This document shows, piece by piece, positions 51,139 to 64,000 of a stretch of DNA of 64,000 nt. The stretch is from Octopus vulgaris (taxonomy: Eukaryota). Below the pieces are notes generated by a model that was given only the letters and a program-made list of their open reading frames with translations, was not told the DNA's origin and did not search any database. The stretch is from positions 1,178,001 through 1,242,000 of the forward strand of contig OX597841.1 in the NCBI GenBank assembly GCA_951406725.2. Reading direction: 5' to 3'. The number at the start of each line of letters is the position of its first letter. Positions within the stretch are counted from its first letter, which is position 1. Made by a program: the position numbers and the translations under genes.

Positions 51139-51850
51139 ATACCCTCATTTGCCATTCCATCTACTGAAAGTTCGATGGAAGACTTAATTTAACATGTGCA
51201 GACTAAACTTGGAAGTGCAGAGTAAGTTAGAACTTTCATCAGTTGCTTATGATTCAAAGCATGCAGACATTTAGTGGGACTGAAGAGTCAGCTGAGAGGT
51301 CATGGGCAGAAAGTCAGTCATGTCATTGACAATAAACAGAAGTAAAAAGAGATAGCAATCATCACTAGAGACAGAGTAATCACCGTGTGTGTGTGTGTGT
51401 GTGTGTGACTATGGTTGTATTTGTGCTTTCTGTACATGTGGGTTAATTGCATATATATGCAATTAATCCACATGTATATAAAAATACACACACACTCACA
51501 TATATATAGGCGCAGGAGTGGCTGTGTGGTAAGTAGCTTGCTTACCAACCACATGGTTCCGGGTTCAGTCCCACTGCATGGCACCTTGGGCATGTGTCTT
51601 CTACTATAGCCTTGAGCGGACAAGAGCCTTGTGAGTGGATTTGGTAGAAGGAAACTGAAAGAAGCCTATCATGTATATATATTTATGTATATGTGTGTGT
51701 GTGTGTATTTCTTTATGTATGTAAGCGGTATGAACGTGTGTTTGTGTATGTATATGTTTGTGTGTGTGTGTTTATATGTTTGTGTACCTGTATGTGCATG
51801 TGTGTGGGACAGAGAGGGAAAGAGAGTGAGAGAGAGAGTGTGCGTGTATA

Positions 51851-52005
51851 CTCGTGACACCAGAGGGCGCACACTCTCCTACCCTGATGTAATCTCCAGG
51901 GATACAGGCATCCAGCAACAGGACCTCCGTAATGCTATGATGGACCGTGAAGTCTGGCGTAGCATGGTAAATTCCATTGTCTCGACCATGGTCAAACAAC
52001 GATGA

Positions 52006-52009
<4 letters not shown>
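51851..52009 (+). mobile_element. RTE-like LINE family 2, 3' fragment
   Basis: RDTRGRTLSYPDVISRD... and tail. Confidence 0.87.
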
Positions 52010-52041
<32 letters not shown>

Positions 52042-52047
52042 ACATAC

Positions 52048-52415
52048 ATAAGAACGGTCTACTCACAGACCTTGTACACCTAGCAAGCTCTCCGTAGAGT
52101 ATGTCCTTGGGGATTCTGCCATCGTTCATACGGCTAATATGCCCAAGCCATCTCATACGTCTTTGTGTGAGGAGTGCAAACAAGCTTGGTATTCCTGCTT
52201 GCTTGAGGACATATTTGATGGGGATATGATTCTGCCATTTAATGCGGAGGATTTTCCGGAGGCAGCGCAGGTGAAAGATGTTTAGGCGACGCTCTTGGCG
52301 TGTGTATAGCGTCCAAGTCTCACTTCCATACAGTAGAGTGCTAAGTACACATGCCTGGTAGATCTTCATTTTCGTGGTCTTGGTCAGCTTATTGTTGTCC
52401 CATGCCTGTTTGGAG
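52048..52415 (-). mobile_element. RTE-clade LINE family 3 ORF fragment
   Basis: KMKIYQACVLSTLLYGSETW...FHLRCLRKIL..W...RRMRWLGHISRMNDGRIPKDILYGEL. Confidence 0.9.
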
Positions 52416-52423
52416 ATACATAC

Positions 52424-52686
52424 ATATCATCTCTTGTGAAAGGTAGAAGAGTCCAGTTTGCTGGACATTGTTGTAGAGCTGAAAACGAGGCAATTTCTAC
52501 TCTTCTCCTCTGGAAGCCATCTGCTCGCGATACAAGAGGGCACACACTCTCCTACCCTGATGTAATCTCCAGGGATACAGGCATCCAGCAACAGGACCTC
52601 CGTAATGCTATGATGGACCGTGAAGTCTGGCGTAGCATGGTAAATTCCATTGTCTCGACCACGGTCGAACAATGATGATGATGATG
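52424..52686 (+). mobile_element. RTE-like LINE family 2, 3' fragment
   Basis: Same 5' junction as the 11715 copy. Confidence 0.88.
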
Positions 52687-52702
52687 TGTGTGTGTGTGTT
52701 TT

Positions 52703-52953
52703 ATAAAAAGCACCATCCGTTCGTGGCCGTTTGCCAGCTCTGTCTGGCACCTGTGCGGGTGGCACGTAAAAAGCACCCACTACACTCACGGAGTGGTTGG
52801 CGTTAGGAAGGGCATCCAGCCGTAGAAACACTGCCCGATTTGACTGGGCCTGATGAAGCCTTCTGGCTTCACAGACCCCAGTAGAACCGTCCAACCCATG
52901 CTAGCATGGAAAATGGACGCTAAACGATGATGATGATGATGATGATGATGATG
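52703..52953 (+). mobile_element. RTE family 1 3' end
   Basis: Nearly identical to 1319-1565. Confidence 0.88.
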
Positions 52954-53338
52954 AAAGGCATTGAGCTGGTAGAATCATTAGCATACCAAGTAAATTTACA
53001 TTCTGGGTTCAAATCCTGCCGTGGCTATCTTTGCCTTGCATCTTTTCAGAGTTAATATAATAAGTACCAGTTGAGCACTGGGACTCAATTACTGCTTCTG
53101 AAATTGCTAGCCCCGGGCAATTCCATTGTCTCGACCACGGTCGAACAATGATGATGATGATGATGTATATGTGTCTCTCTTTCTTTTCTCTTTTACTTGT
53201 TTCAGTCATTTGACTGCGGCCATGCTGGAGCACCGCCTTTTAATCGAGCAACTCGACCCCAGGACTTATTCTTTTGTAAGCCCAGTACTTATTCTATCGG
53301 TCTCTTTTTGCCGAACTGCTATGCATGTATATGTGTGT

Positions 53339-53376
<38 letters not shown>

Positions 53377-53814
53377 ATTGACTCCCCCACCTCCAAGGTG
53401 TGTGAATTGCCATCCGAGAACCAGCAGAGGGAGACACTGACAGGTTCCATTAACAATGGCTGTTATGAACTGTTATGAAAAAAAATGCGAGCAACAGCAG
53501 CAGCAGCAGCAGTAGCAGCAGCGGTAGCAGTAGCAGCAGCAGCAGCAGCAGCTCAAACGAGCGCAACTCGTTTATTGCAGCTCTCCTCGACGAACACTCG
53601 TATAATCTCGCAGCATCAGTGATGTCATCAACAACATCATCACGATCATCATCATCGTCATGATCGCCGTCGTCGACGCGATCGTCTTCGTTCCGTCGTT
53701 GTTATTGACATCGTTCTCATCACCTTGTCGTCGTTCTCGTCCGTCGGTGTGGACAATCCCCATGGCTGCCACCTCAGACAGCGTCTCTTCGTGCCTCGTT
53801 ATTATCTACATACT

Positions 53815-53860
<46 letters not shown>

Positions 53861-53897
53861 GCCACCATCACCACAACCACTACTACTACTACTACTG

Positions 53898-53980
<83 letters not shown>

Positions 53981-54360
53981 GCTACTACTACTACTACTGA
54001 TGCTGCTGCTGCTACTACTACTACTACTATTACTACTACTACTACTACTACTACTACTGCTGCTACTACTACTACTGCTACTATTACAATGACCATTACT
54101 ATAGCCATCATCCACAATATTCAAACCGTCATTGTCATCACCGTCATCATCATCACCGTCATCATCATCATCATCATCTCCAACATCGTAATCATCATTA
54201 TTATCATCACCACCACCACCACCACTGCTGTCATCGTTATCACCATCACCATCATCATCATCATCATCATCATCACCGACATCAGCCACCCCACCGCTGC
54301 CACCACCATGAGCACCATCATTATAATCATCACCGTCATCATCAGCATCATCATCATCAG
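53815..54360. repeat. (ACT)n/(ATC)n trinucleotide array
   Basis: Seen directly. Confidence 0.95.
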
Positions 54361-54572
54361 TCACCTTCTCTGTGACGAGGGTCAGTTATCGTCATAAATC
54401 TGTGTATATGTACGTGCATGTGTGTGTGCATATGTGTGTGTGTGTGTGTGTGCATGTGTGCATACATGTATGTGTGTGTATATGTATGTGTGTGTGTATA
54501 TGTGTGTGTATATGTATGTGTGTGAGTGTATGCATATGTGTGTGTATATATATGTGTGTGTATGTGTGCATG

Positions 54573-54609
<37 letters not shown>

Positions 54610-54694
54610 ATGTATATATGTGTGTATATATGTGTGTGAGTGTGCATATATGTGTGTGTGTATATATATATGTGTGTATGTGTGCATGTCTGTG

Positions 54695-54733
<39 letters not shown>

Positions 54734-54914
54734 ATATATATGTGTGTGTGTCTGTGTTTGTATATATATATATGTGTGTGTGTATGTGTGTATTTGTTTT
54801 GGCGACATAGTACATTATTTGGTATCTGAAAACAGAAAGTGCATTGCAGTGCAGTGCACTGCGGTGTCCTTTAGTATGGTGCAGTGCATAGAGTACAGTA
54901 CTTCACTCGTCGCT

Positions 54915-55285
54915 CCGTTCTGAGTTCAAATTCCGCTGAGGTCGACTTTGCCTTTCATCCTTTCGGGGTCAATAAAATAAGTACCTGTTGAACACTGGGG
55001 TCAATATACCCCTCCCACCAAATTGCTGCCCTCTTGGCAAAATTTGAAACCATTATTATTATTATTATTATTATTAAGGTGGCCAGCTAGCTGAATTGTT
55101 AGTAATCTGTACAAAATTCTTACCAGCATTTCGTCCATCTTTGTTTTTTGGATTCAAATTCTGTCAAGGTCAACTTTACCTTTCATCCTTTTGGGGTTGA
55201 TGAAGTAAGTACCAGTTATGCATTGGGCTCAATGTAATCAATTTGGTCCCTCCCCCAAAATTTGTGCCTATAGTCAAAAGGATTA
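54915..55285 (+). mobile_element. Two SINE family B copies with (ATT)n tails
   Basis: Cores near 54940 and 55170. Confidence 0.82.
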
Positions 55286-55297
55286 TTATTATGATTA

Positions 55298-55348
<51 letters not shown>

Positions 55349-56502
55349 GACTATATAGGACCGAGGTAACTCATCCCCAGAAAAGGATAGATTTGGCTGT
55401 TATTTCTTGCATGCCCTGCTTCCACATAACAGGTATTTCGGGTCCTTTGTCATAAGTAGCTGTTACATAGTAGCGGGGTGAGCTAGAAATAGCAGCCAAA
55501 TCTTTAGAACTAAGATACGTTGAATGCACTTGAAAAATTTTTTGTGATGGTATTTCCTTGGGGTGATCTTTCACTTTGACTCTCAGAACTGTCATCTGGA
55601 TCAGCTGGTTTTGTTCACTAATTAATGAACTCTGGTTGATGAGAGAAAGATCGCCATTCACTTGAAACTAATTTTTAATAAAAACCATTAAAATATTGTC
55701 TGTTTAAAGAAAACTAAAACATGAATACTTTCTGTACAAACAACTTACATTCTTGAAATCACATTTAGTTAAAAATATTTCTAAATGATTAAAATATTGT
55801 GTATGTCAAAAAGTTGATTTTTTTTTCTTAGAGAGCTCAAAGACTATGTGTGTGTATATGTCACAGATAGCAGATGTGTGTTTGTGTTGATTGTGTGTAT
55901 TCCGTATGTGTGTATGCATGTTAACGTAATGGAAGCAATGTTTTTTTTTTCGTCAAGAACTAACAAACAAAAATTCTGTTTAATCGTTTTCCTTAATAAA
56001 TAGAGTCCCAAATATCATAAAAATTTGTGCTGCACTGCTGAAGGTAAATATGAAAATAAATATGCAAAAAAAAATAAAATATACTATTTCTGAGATATTT
56101 TGGGTGCACACAAACATCTCTAGACTTTTAGTATTATCAAGATATATAGCTATGTATATATATATATATATGCATGTGTGCTTGTATATATGTGTGTGTG
56201 TGTGTGTAAATATGTAGCTACTCTACAGCAAGAAACCTGTTCAGCTCTGCCTCTCCCCTCATTCATTTATGCTTTTGGCCCTCATCTCCTAACAGAAAGT
56301 GGCTTGCCCCCATCTATCGGGGTTTGTAGTCTTCCCTAAGCTCTCTTGTGCCAGTAGCATGATAAAGAAAAGCACCCTGTGTATGCTGTAAAGTGGTTAG
56401 TGTTAAGAAGGGTACCCAACCATAGAAACACTGCCAAAGCAGGCATTGGATCCTGTCAAACCCTTTGATCCTTGCTGGCTTGGGACACTGGTGTTAAGTG
56501 CT

Positions 56503-56905
56503 GATGACGATAAGGACAATGACAGTGGAGATGATGACGACAATGACGCTAATCGTGATGATGGTGATGATGATGATGATGATGGTGAAGATGATGATGG
56601 TGATGGTGATGATGATGACAATGACAACACTGACAATGATGACAATGGTGATGATGATGATAGTGATGATAATGATGAGGATGACGATGACAACGATAAC
56701 GGTGATGATGGTGATGATGACAACGATGATGATAGTGATGATGATGATGAGGACAAAGACGACGATGGTGACGACGACGATGATGGTGACGATGATGAGG
56801 TTTATAATGACAATGATGACGATGGTGACGATGATGATAATGATGATAATGATGAAGGGGATGAGGATGACGACGACAACGATGACAACATGGTGACGAT
56901 GATAA
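56503..56905. repeat. (GAT/GAC)n array following a degraded RTE family 1-like 3' end (56347-56502)
   Basis: GTGCCAGTAGCATG..AAAAGCACCC..GTGGTTAGTGTTAAGAAGGG precedes the array. Confidence 0.85.
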
Positions 56906-57218
56906 GAAGAGGGTGTTGAATGAACTTGGCGTCTGGTAACTTACATCTAGTAGGCCAAGCAACACTGTACTGGACCCCAAACTAAGCTTACTCTCTTCCC
57001 CCTCCCTCCCTCTCTCCACTCCTTCCCCCTCATCCCCATATCCGACCCACCTGCTTAGTCGTGTCTTATTCCTGCTTCTGTATCTCCACATGTTCTCCGC
57101 AGAAACTAATTGCTTAATTAGATGTAGAATGAAACAATAACAATGGCAGGTGATTGTTAATTATGGGGACAAGACAAAGATAACAGCCTTTACACAGGAC
57201 TGGATAAACACTGCGCTC

Positions 57219-57472
57219 GTGTGTGCATGTGTGTGTGTGCGTGTGTGTGTGCATGTGTGTGTGTGTGTGTGTGTGTGTCTGTGCATATGTGTGTGTGTGT
57301 TGCTTCTTGTCTGTGCTTGTGTGTGTGTGTGTGTGTGTATGATTGTGTGTGTGTGTGTGTGCTTGTGTGTGTGTGTGTGTCTGTGCATGTGTGTGTGCAT
57401 GTGTGTTGCTTCTTGTCTGTGCTTGTGTGTGTGTGTCTGTGCATGTGTGTGTGTGTTGCTTCTTGTCTGTGC

Positions 57473-57542
<70 letters not shown>

Positions 57543-57881
57543 ATGTGTGTTGCTTCTTGTCTGTGCTTGTGTGTGTGTGTCTGTGCATGTGTGTGTGTGT
57601 TGCTTCTTGTCTGTGCTTGTGTGTGTCTGTGCATGTGTGTGTGTTGCTTCTTGTCTGTGCTTGTGTGTGTGTGTGTCTGTGCATGTGTGTGTGTGTGTGT
57701 TGCTTCTTGTCTGTGCTTGTGTGTGTGTGTGTCTGTGCATGTGTGTGTGTGTGTGTGTTGTTTCTTGTCTGTGCTTGTGTGTGTGTGTGTGTGTTGTTTC
57801 TTGTCTGTGCTTGTGTGTGTGTGTCTGTGCATGTGTGTGTGTGTGTGTGTTGTTTCTTGTCTGTGCTTGTGTGTGTGTGTG

Positions 57882-57916
<35 letters not shown>

Positions 57917-57955
57917 CTTGTCTGTGCTTGTGTGTGTGTGTGTGTGTGTGTGTGC
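57219..57955. repeat. (TG)n array punctuated by about 11 copies of TG(C/T)TTCTTGTCTGTGCTTG
   Basis: Seen directly. Confidence 0.93.
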
Positions 57956-58374
57956 TTTTATGAATGGAATCTCTCTTTTTTTTCTTTTGTTTTCTGTTCT
58001 TGTCCGTGCTTGTGCGTGTGTACTGTATTGTCCACAGATGTATCTGTCTATTTGTGTGATCATCTGCATGTGTGTGTGTGCATGTGTGCGTGTGTGTGCA
58101 TGCGTGTGTTGTGTGTGTGTGAGACCGTGTGAGTTCATTGCTCGACAAGTCATCGTGTGTTTATGTGCTTGCATGTGCGTATTTCAAAGGTATAGGTGTG
58201 TATTTGTATGCGTGTTTACACACACACACACACACACATACCTGCACACACACATCACACATATATATATATACATAGACATCTCTTCTGGTGTGCTTAC
58301 GTGTGTGTATCTATCTATCTATCTATCTATCTATAATTATATACATATACATATATATATATATATATACATAC

Positions 58375-58433
<59 letters not shown>

Positions 58434-58551
58434 TGATAGATAGATAGATAGATACATACATGCATACATACATACATACATGCATATACGCATGTATGTA
58501 TAATATGTATATGACTATATACATATATTCTAACATGCGTGTATATATATT

Positions 58552-58591
<40 letters not shown>

Positions 58592-58877
58592 TATACTTAT
58601 AGATATGATATGTGTGTGTACATATATATATATATATGTATGTATATATACATATATCATCATATATATATATATATGTGTGTGTGTATATATATATGTA
58701 TATATATATATATATGTATACTTGTGTGTGCGTGTTTGTGTGCAAGCATCATTGCATGTATACGTAACTAAACACACTCATTTCCATGTCTACATGTTTC
58801 CCATGCATTTCCAACTTTCTGCCAAAACCTCCATGTCCGTCTGTCCCTATATTATCACACCAGTTTGCTTACCTCCC

Positions 58878-58912
<35 letters not shown>

Positions 58913-58914
58913 AC

Positions 58915-59132
58915 CCCATCCATCCATCAAACTATCCAGCCAGCCAGTCCATCCATCCATCAAACTATCCATCCATCCATCCATCCATCCATCCATCAAA
59001 CCATCCATCAAACCATCCATCCATCCATCCATCCATCAATCTGTCAAACCATCCATCCATCTGTCAAACCATCCATCCATCCATCCATCCATCCATCCAT
59101 CCATCCATCAAACCATCCATCCATCCATCAAA

Positions 59133-59163
<31 letters not shown>

Positions 59164-59180
59164 GTCATCCATCCATCAAT
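58915..59180. repeat. (CCAT)n microsatellite
   Basis: Seen directly. Confidence 0.95.
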
Positions 59181-59626
59181 CAATCGATTGATCACAGTAA
59201 CTACCCCATAGTTATATATAGTACAAGTGTGTAGTTGATTTGGCCAAACTGGTGTGTGAGAATTACACACAGCTGTTCATCACTCAACGTACGGCTTGCG
59301 GCCGTTTATTGGCTTCTCTTGGGATTCTTTTTTTTTTTGTTTTTCAATTTTTTTATTCTCTTTCTTAATCAGTGTAAAGCTTACGTAAGAAGATACGTGT
59401 TTAAATATTATGTAGTTATTTCATATTTATTCTTGTGTAATACGGTATGTGCATGTGTGTGCACACTTACTTGTGTCTGTGTGTGTAACTATATATATAT
59501 ATGTATGTATGTACACAGCATATACATATATATGTATGTACACATATATATATATATATATACATACAGGTAGATAGATATAAATATACATATCTGTGTG
59601 CAAATATCTATCTATCTATCTATCTA

Positions 59627-59670
<44 letters not shown>

Positions 59671-59699
59671 TACATACAGGTAGATAGATATAAATATAC

Positions 59700-59741
<42 letters not shown>

Positions 59742-60006
59742 ATATACATACAGATATATATATATATGTATATACATACAGATATATATATATATACATA
59801 TACACACAGTATGTATATATATATATGTAGAACTGTAAATATGTAGATAGGTAGAAGTCTGCACCTCATTCCATCAGTGTTTTGCTCAACTGTTATGTTT
59901 TGTGGAAATAAACAAACCAACGCCAGTCGTCAGGTGGTGGTTGGTGGGAGTGTCAAAGAGAAACACAAAAAACATTCACACACACACACATACACACACG
60001 TATATA

Positions 60007-60245
60007 GTCTTTTAGTCTTTTATTCTTCTACTTGTTTCAGTCATTTGACGGTGGCCATGCTGGAGCACCACCTTTAGTTGAACAGATCAAACCCAGGGCT
60101 TATTCTGTGTAAGCCTAGTACTTATTCTATCAGTCTCTTTTGCTGAACCCCTAAGTTACGGGTACGTAAACACATCAGCTTTGATTGTCAAGTGATGATG
60201 GGGCGGGGGACAAACACAGATACACAAAAATATACACAAACACAT

Positions 60246-60276
<31 letters not shown>

Positions 60277-60437
60277 CGATGGGCTTCTTTTCAGTTTCCG
60301 TCTACCAAATCCACTCACAAGGCTTTGGCTGGCTCGAGGTTATAGAAGAAGACACTTACCCAAGGTGCCACGTAGTGGGACTGAACCCAGGACCATGTGG
60401 TTGGTAAGCAAGCTACTTACCACACAGCCACTCCTGT
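60007..60437 (-). mobile_element. SINE family A, full length
   Basis: Reverse complement match. Confidence 0.9.
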
Positions 60438-60920
60438 ATATATGACATGTTTTCATATAGGTTCCATCTACCAAATTTACTCAGAAAGCATTTGTCATGC
60501 CAAGGTTGTAGTAGAAGACATTTGTTGATGTCTCCTGGCTCCTGTTGGATGGCCCCTTTGCACCACTCAGGCAACAACCTTCTGACCCATTGGTCTGTTT
60601 TGGGTCGTTGTTGTTAGTGAGGGTTTTACAAGTTTGGAGCATAATTCCTACCTTGACCTCTTTTTGTTGCCCCTCAAAACATGCAGAGGAAACGTTGGGC
60701 CCATTCTTTGACATACCAGTCCCCACACAGCACTAGAACAGCTTGAAGTGAAGTTTTCTGCTCAAGAAGACGCAACACACTACCTGGTCTGGGAATTGAA
60801 CCCAGGATCTGGCACTCACAAGTGTAGCACCCTAACCACTAGGCCGCAAGCCTTCTTTACATTCTCAAAAATCTTAAAATATAGAAAAATTCCAGAGTGC
60901 TTTTGAACTGTTTTAAAAAC

Positions 60921-61155
60921 TGGCGAGCTAGCAGAATCGTTAGCACGTCGGGCGAAATGCTTAGCGGTATTTCGTCTGCCGTTACTTTGTGAGTTCAAAT
61001 TCCGCCGAGGTCGACTTTGCCTTTCATCCTTTCGGGGTCGATAAATTAAGTACCAGTTAAGCACTGGGGTCGATATAATCGACTTAATACCTATGTCTGT
61101 CCATGTTTGTCCCCTCTATGTTCAGCCCCTTGTGGGTAATAAAGAAATAGGTATA
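60921..61155 (+). mobile_element. SINE family B
   Basis: Match to 35729-35960. Confidence 0.9.
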
Positions 61156-61755
61156 TTTATTGGTAGTTCAGTGGTTGTGGACTTACAGGTTGTCACACAG
61201 TATGGTGTGTAGTGGTGGGGTTGTAATGCTGATAATGCATCCAGTAAAACTGTTTATGTAGTGATTTCATACTGCCTACATTTCAAGATAAGATCTGTTT
61301 TATTTTGTGTTTGTTTTGTTCATTATCGGTGCAGTAATTTTATGAAACAATCCTCATCTCTCCAATCTCACTGATACATTTTCAGCATCCTCTCTTACAC
61401 TCACCTTATGCATTGACTATTTTCTCTGGCAACCCCATCACTATCATCTGCATCTATTTCTCAGCTCCTCCCATCCATAGTTATATAATGTGGGGTAACC
61501 ACGTGTCTATTCTACAAGACACTCGTACTTGTTACTCTATCATACTTTTGTCTCTCACCACCTATCATAAAACCCTCTCCTTCACAGATACTCCCTTCAC
61601 TTAGTCATGAGGGCTTTTTTTGCCCCTGTTCTTACACCGACTAGTATGCTGGTAACATGAAAAAAAGCACCTATTTTACACTGTGAAGTGGCTGACATTA
61701 AGGAAGGCATCCAACTGTGGAAACTACGCTGAAGCTGGCATTGGAGTTCAATGCA

Positions 61756-62500
61756 GCCCCTATGTGGTCATTTGATGTGCCAGAAATAACACTGAAGATT
61801 TTTCGAATAGATGGGATAGCCACAGCTAGATTGCCTTTGATTATGGCTCTCTCCAGTTACAGTTGACATAGGACTAACAGTGACGACTTACAATGGCACA
61901 TGGCACATCAACACAAACCAACAAGCGAGCCCCTATGTGGTCATTTGATGTGCTAGAAATAACAGTCAAGCCTTCCAGAATAGATGGAAAGGTCACAGTT
62001 AGATTGCCTTTCATTATGGCTCTGTTCAGTTAGGGTTGACACAGGGTTAACAAAGATGACGTACAGTGGAACATGGCACATCAACACAAACCAACCAACA
62101 AGCGAGCCCCTATGTGGTCATTTGATGTGCGAGAAATAACAGTCAAGCCTTCTAGAATAGATGGGATGGTCACAGTTAGATTGCCTTTCATTATGGCTCT
62201 GTTCAGTTAGGGTTGACACAGGGTTAACAAAGATGACGTACAGTGGCACATGGCACATCAACACAAACCAACCAACAAGCGAGCCCCTATGTGGTCATTT
62301 GATGTGCGAGAAATAACAGTCAAGCCTTCTAGAATAGATGGGATGGTCACACTTAGATTGCCTTTCATTATGGCTCTGTTCAGTTAGGGTTGACACAGGG
62401 TTAACAAAGATGACGTACAGCGGCACATGGCACATCAACACAAACCAACAAGCGAGCCCCCTATGTGGTTGTTTGATGTGCTAGAAACAACAGCCAAGCC
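61756..62500. repeat. Tandem repeat, 4 full units of 173-177 bp plus a partial unit
   Basis: CCCCTATGTGGT with TATG at 61761, 61934, 62111, 62288 and 62462. Confidence 0.96.
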
Positions 62501-62714
62501 TAGTTGAATCCATGTCCTACTGTCTTATATAAAATGCATAAAAGAAAGAGGAAGGACGGATCAGATAATTTAGTTCTTGATACACTAATGACCGCCACAT
62601 TTCTCCGTCTTTGTCATCCCCGTCGTCGCTTAGGCACCTCAACACCACCACGACCACCACTGCTACTACGGTCAACACCATTACAGTAACAATCACATCA
62701 TCTGCAACAATCAC

Positions 62715-62716
62715 AA

Positions 62717-62747
<31 letters not shown>

Positions 62748-62885
62748 CATCATACATACACACATACACACACACATCATACATACACACATACACACAC
62801 ACATCATACATACACACACACACACACACATCATACATACACACATACACACACACATCATACATACACACATACACACACACAT

Positions 62886-62916
<31 letters not shown>

Positions 62917-63064
62917 ACACACACACACACACATCACACACACACACACACACACACACATCATACATACACACATACACACACACATCATACATACACA
63001 CATACACACACCATACGCATCCATATATAAACATTCATGAATATACTGACACATTTAAAGTCAT

Positions 63065-63097
<33 letters not shown>

Positions 63098-63392
63098 CAT
63101 AAATATACATGCATGCACACATACACACACAGGGACAGGCACACACACAAATTTACACACACATTACAAACATGCACAAAAGGACACACATACACATATA
63201 TGTATACACACACACACACACACACACACACTCATGCAAACACTCTGAAACAGGTTCATAAATATACATGCATGTGCACACACCCCCCACACACACACAC
63301 ATACAAACTCACACACACACACACACACACACACTCAAGCACAAATTTACACATGCATTCAGACACACATACGCATATGCATATTAACATTC
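62715..63392. repeat. CA-rich compound microsatellite
   Basis: Seen directly; includes ~24-bp CATCATACATACACAC units. Confidence 0.93.
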
Positions 63393-63450
63393 ACTAAATA
63401 AATTCTACAATTCCCTTTTCATAATTGAGAAAGAAATTGTGTGTGTATTG

Positions 63451-63499
<49 letters not shown>

Positions 63500-63589
63500 A
63501 TAGATAGATATATATACGCATGTGTACATACACACACATAATATATATTATATAAAATATATGTATATATATCTATATATTTATATAAC

Positions 63590-63642
<53 letters not shown>

Positions 63643-63654
63643 TATATGCATATA

Positions 63655-63730
<76 letters not shown>

Positions 63731-64000
63731 TATATATACGTGCATGGCTAGAGAAAGAGAGCTTTTATTAGAAAGTAGGTCAAACAGTAGTTGCAGCAGC
63801 TTACATCTTCAGCTGCTGCTGTTGGCTGCTTCTTCTCTCTCTCTCTCTTTCTCACTCTGTCTTTCTCTCTCCCCCTTTCCTGCTCCTTCCCTTTCTTCCT
63901 TTCTCTCTCTCTCTTTCTTGCATTTAAGGCACAGCAGCTGACTGACTGACTGATTGGCTAATCGGACTGCTGGCAGGTTGGCTGGCTGGCTGGCTGGTGT

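Noticed and set aside
56446-56919. Asp-rich biomineralisation-like ORF
   Set aside because: Starts inside a decayed LINE terminus and is just the (GAT)n array.
57290-57955. Repeat-spacer (CRISPR-like) pattern
   Set aside because: Spacers are plain (TG)n.
57150-58436. Cys/Val-rich 428-aa ORF and all similar YI, HT and CV ORFs
   Set aside because: Dinucleotide repeats lack stop codons.

Overview
Repeat-saturated, AT-rich animal genomic DNA with no recognisable host gene. From recalled repeat families (tRNA-derived SINEs, RTE LINEs with (GAT)n tails, very high microsatellite load, a divergent GC-expanded 18S fragment) I infer a cephalopod, most likely Octopus; this is not a database result. 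Nearly all listed ORFs are microsatellite artefacts. Real coding-like sequence is limited to decayed transposons: a 5'-truncated RTE LINE with a PHD-type finger inside its RT, two other RTE families, a CR1-type 3' end, an R4/Dong-type remnant, and a DD37D (maT) transposase interrupted by a hAT MITE. Also present are three TTAA MITEs, about 45 SINE copies or fragments, three tandem arrays (40, ~150 and ~175 bp) and one candidate 84-bp exon. The most notable items are: several Penelope-type terminal-repeat families carrying hammerhead ribozyme folds (one canonical in a perfect 100-bp inverted pair, one with a U3-A8 core, one with A6U), an 18S rRNA V4 fragment fused to a SINE tail, a twin-priming-like 5' inversion in an RTE copy, and a reiterated H-type pseudoknot module in an RTE 3' UTR. 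All alignments and folds were done by eye.
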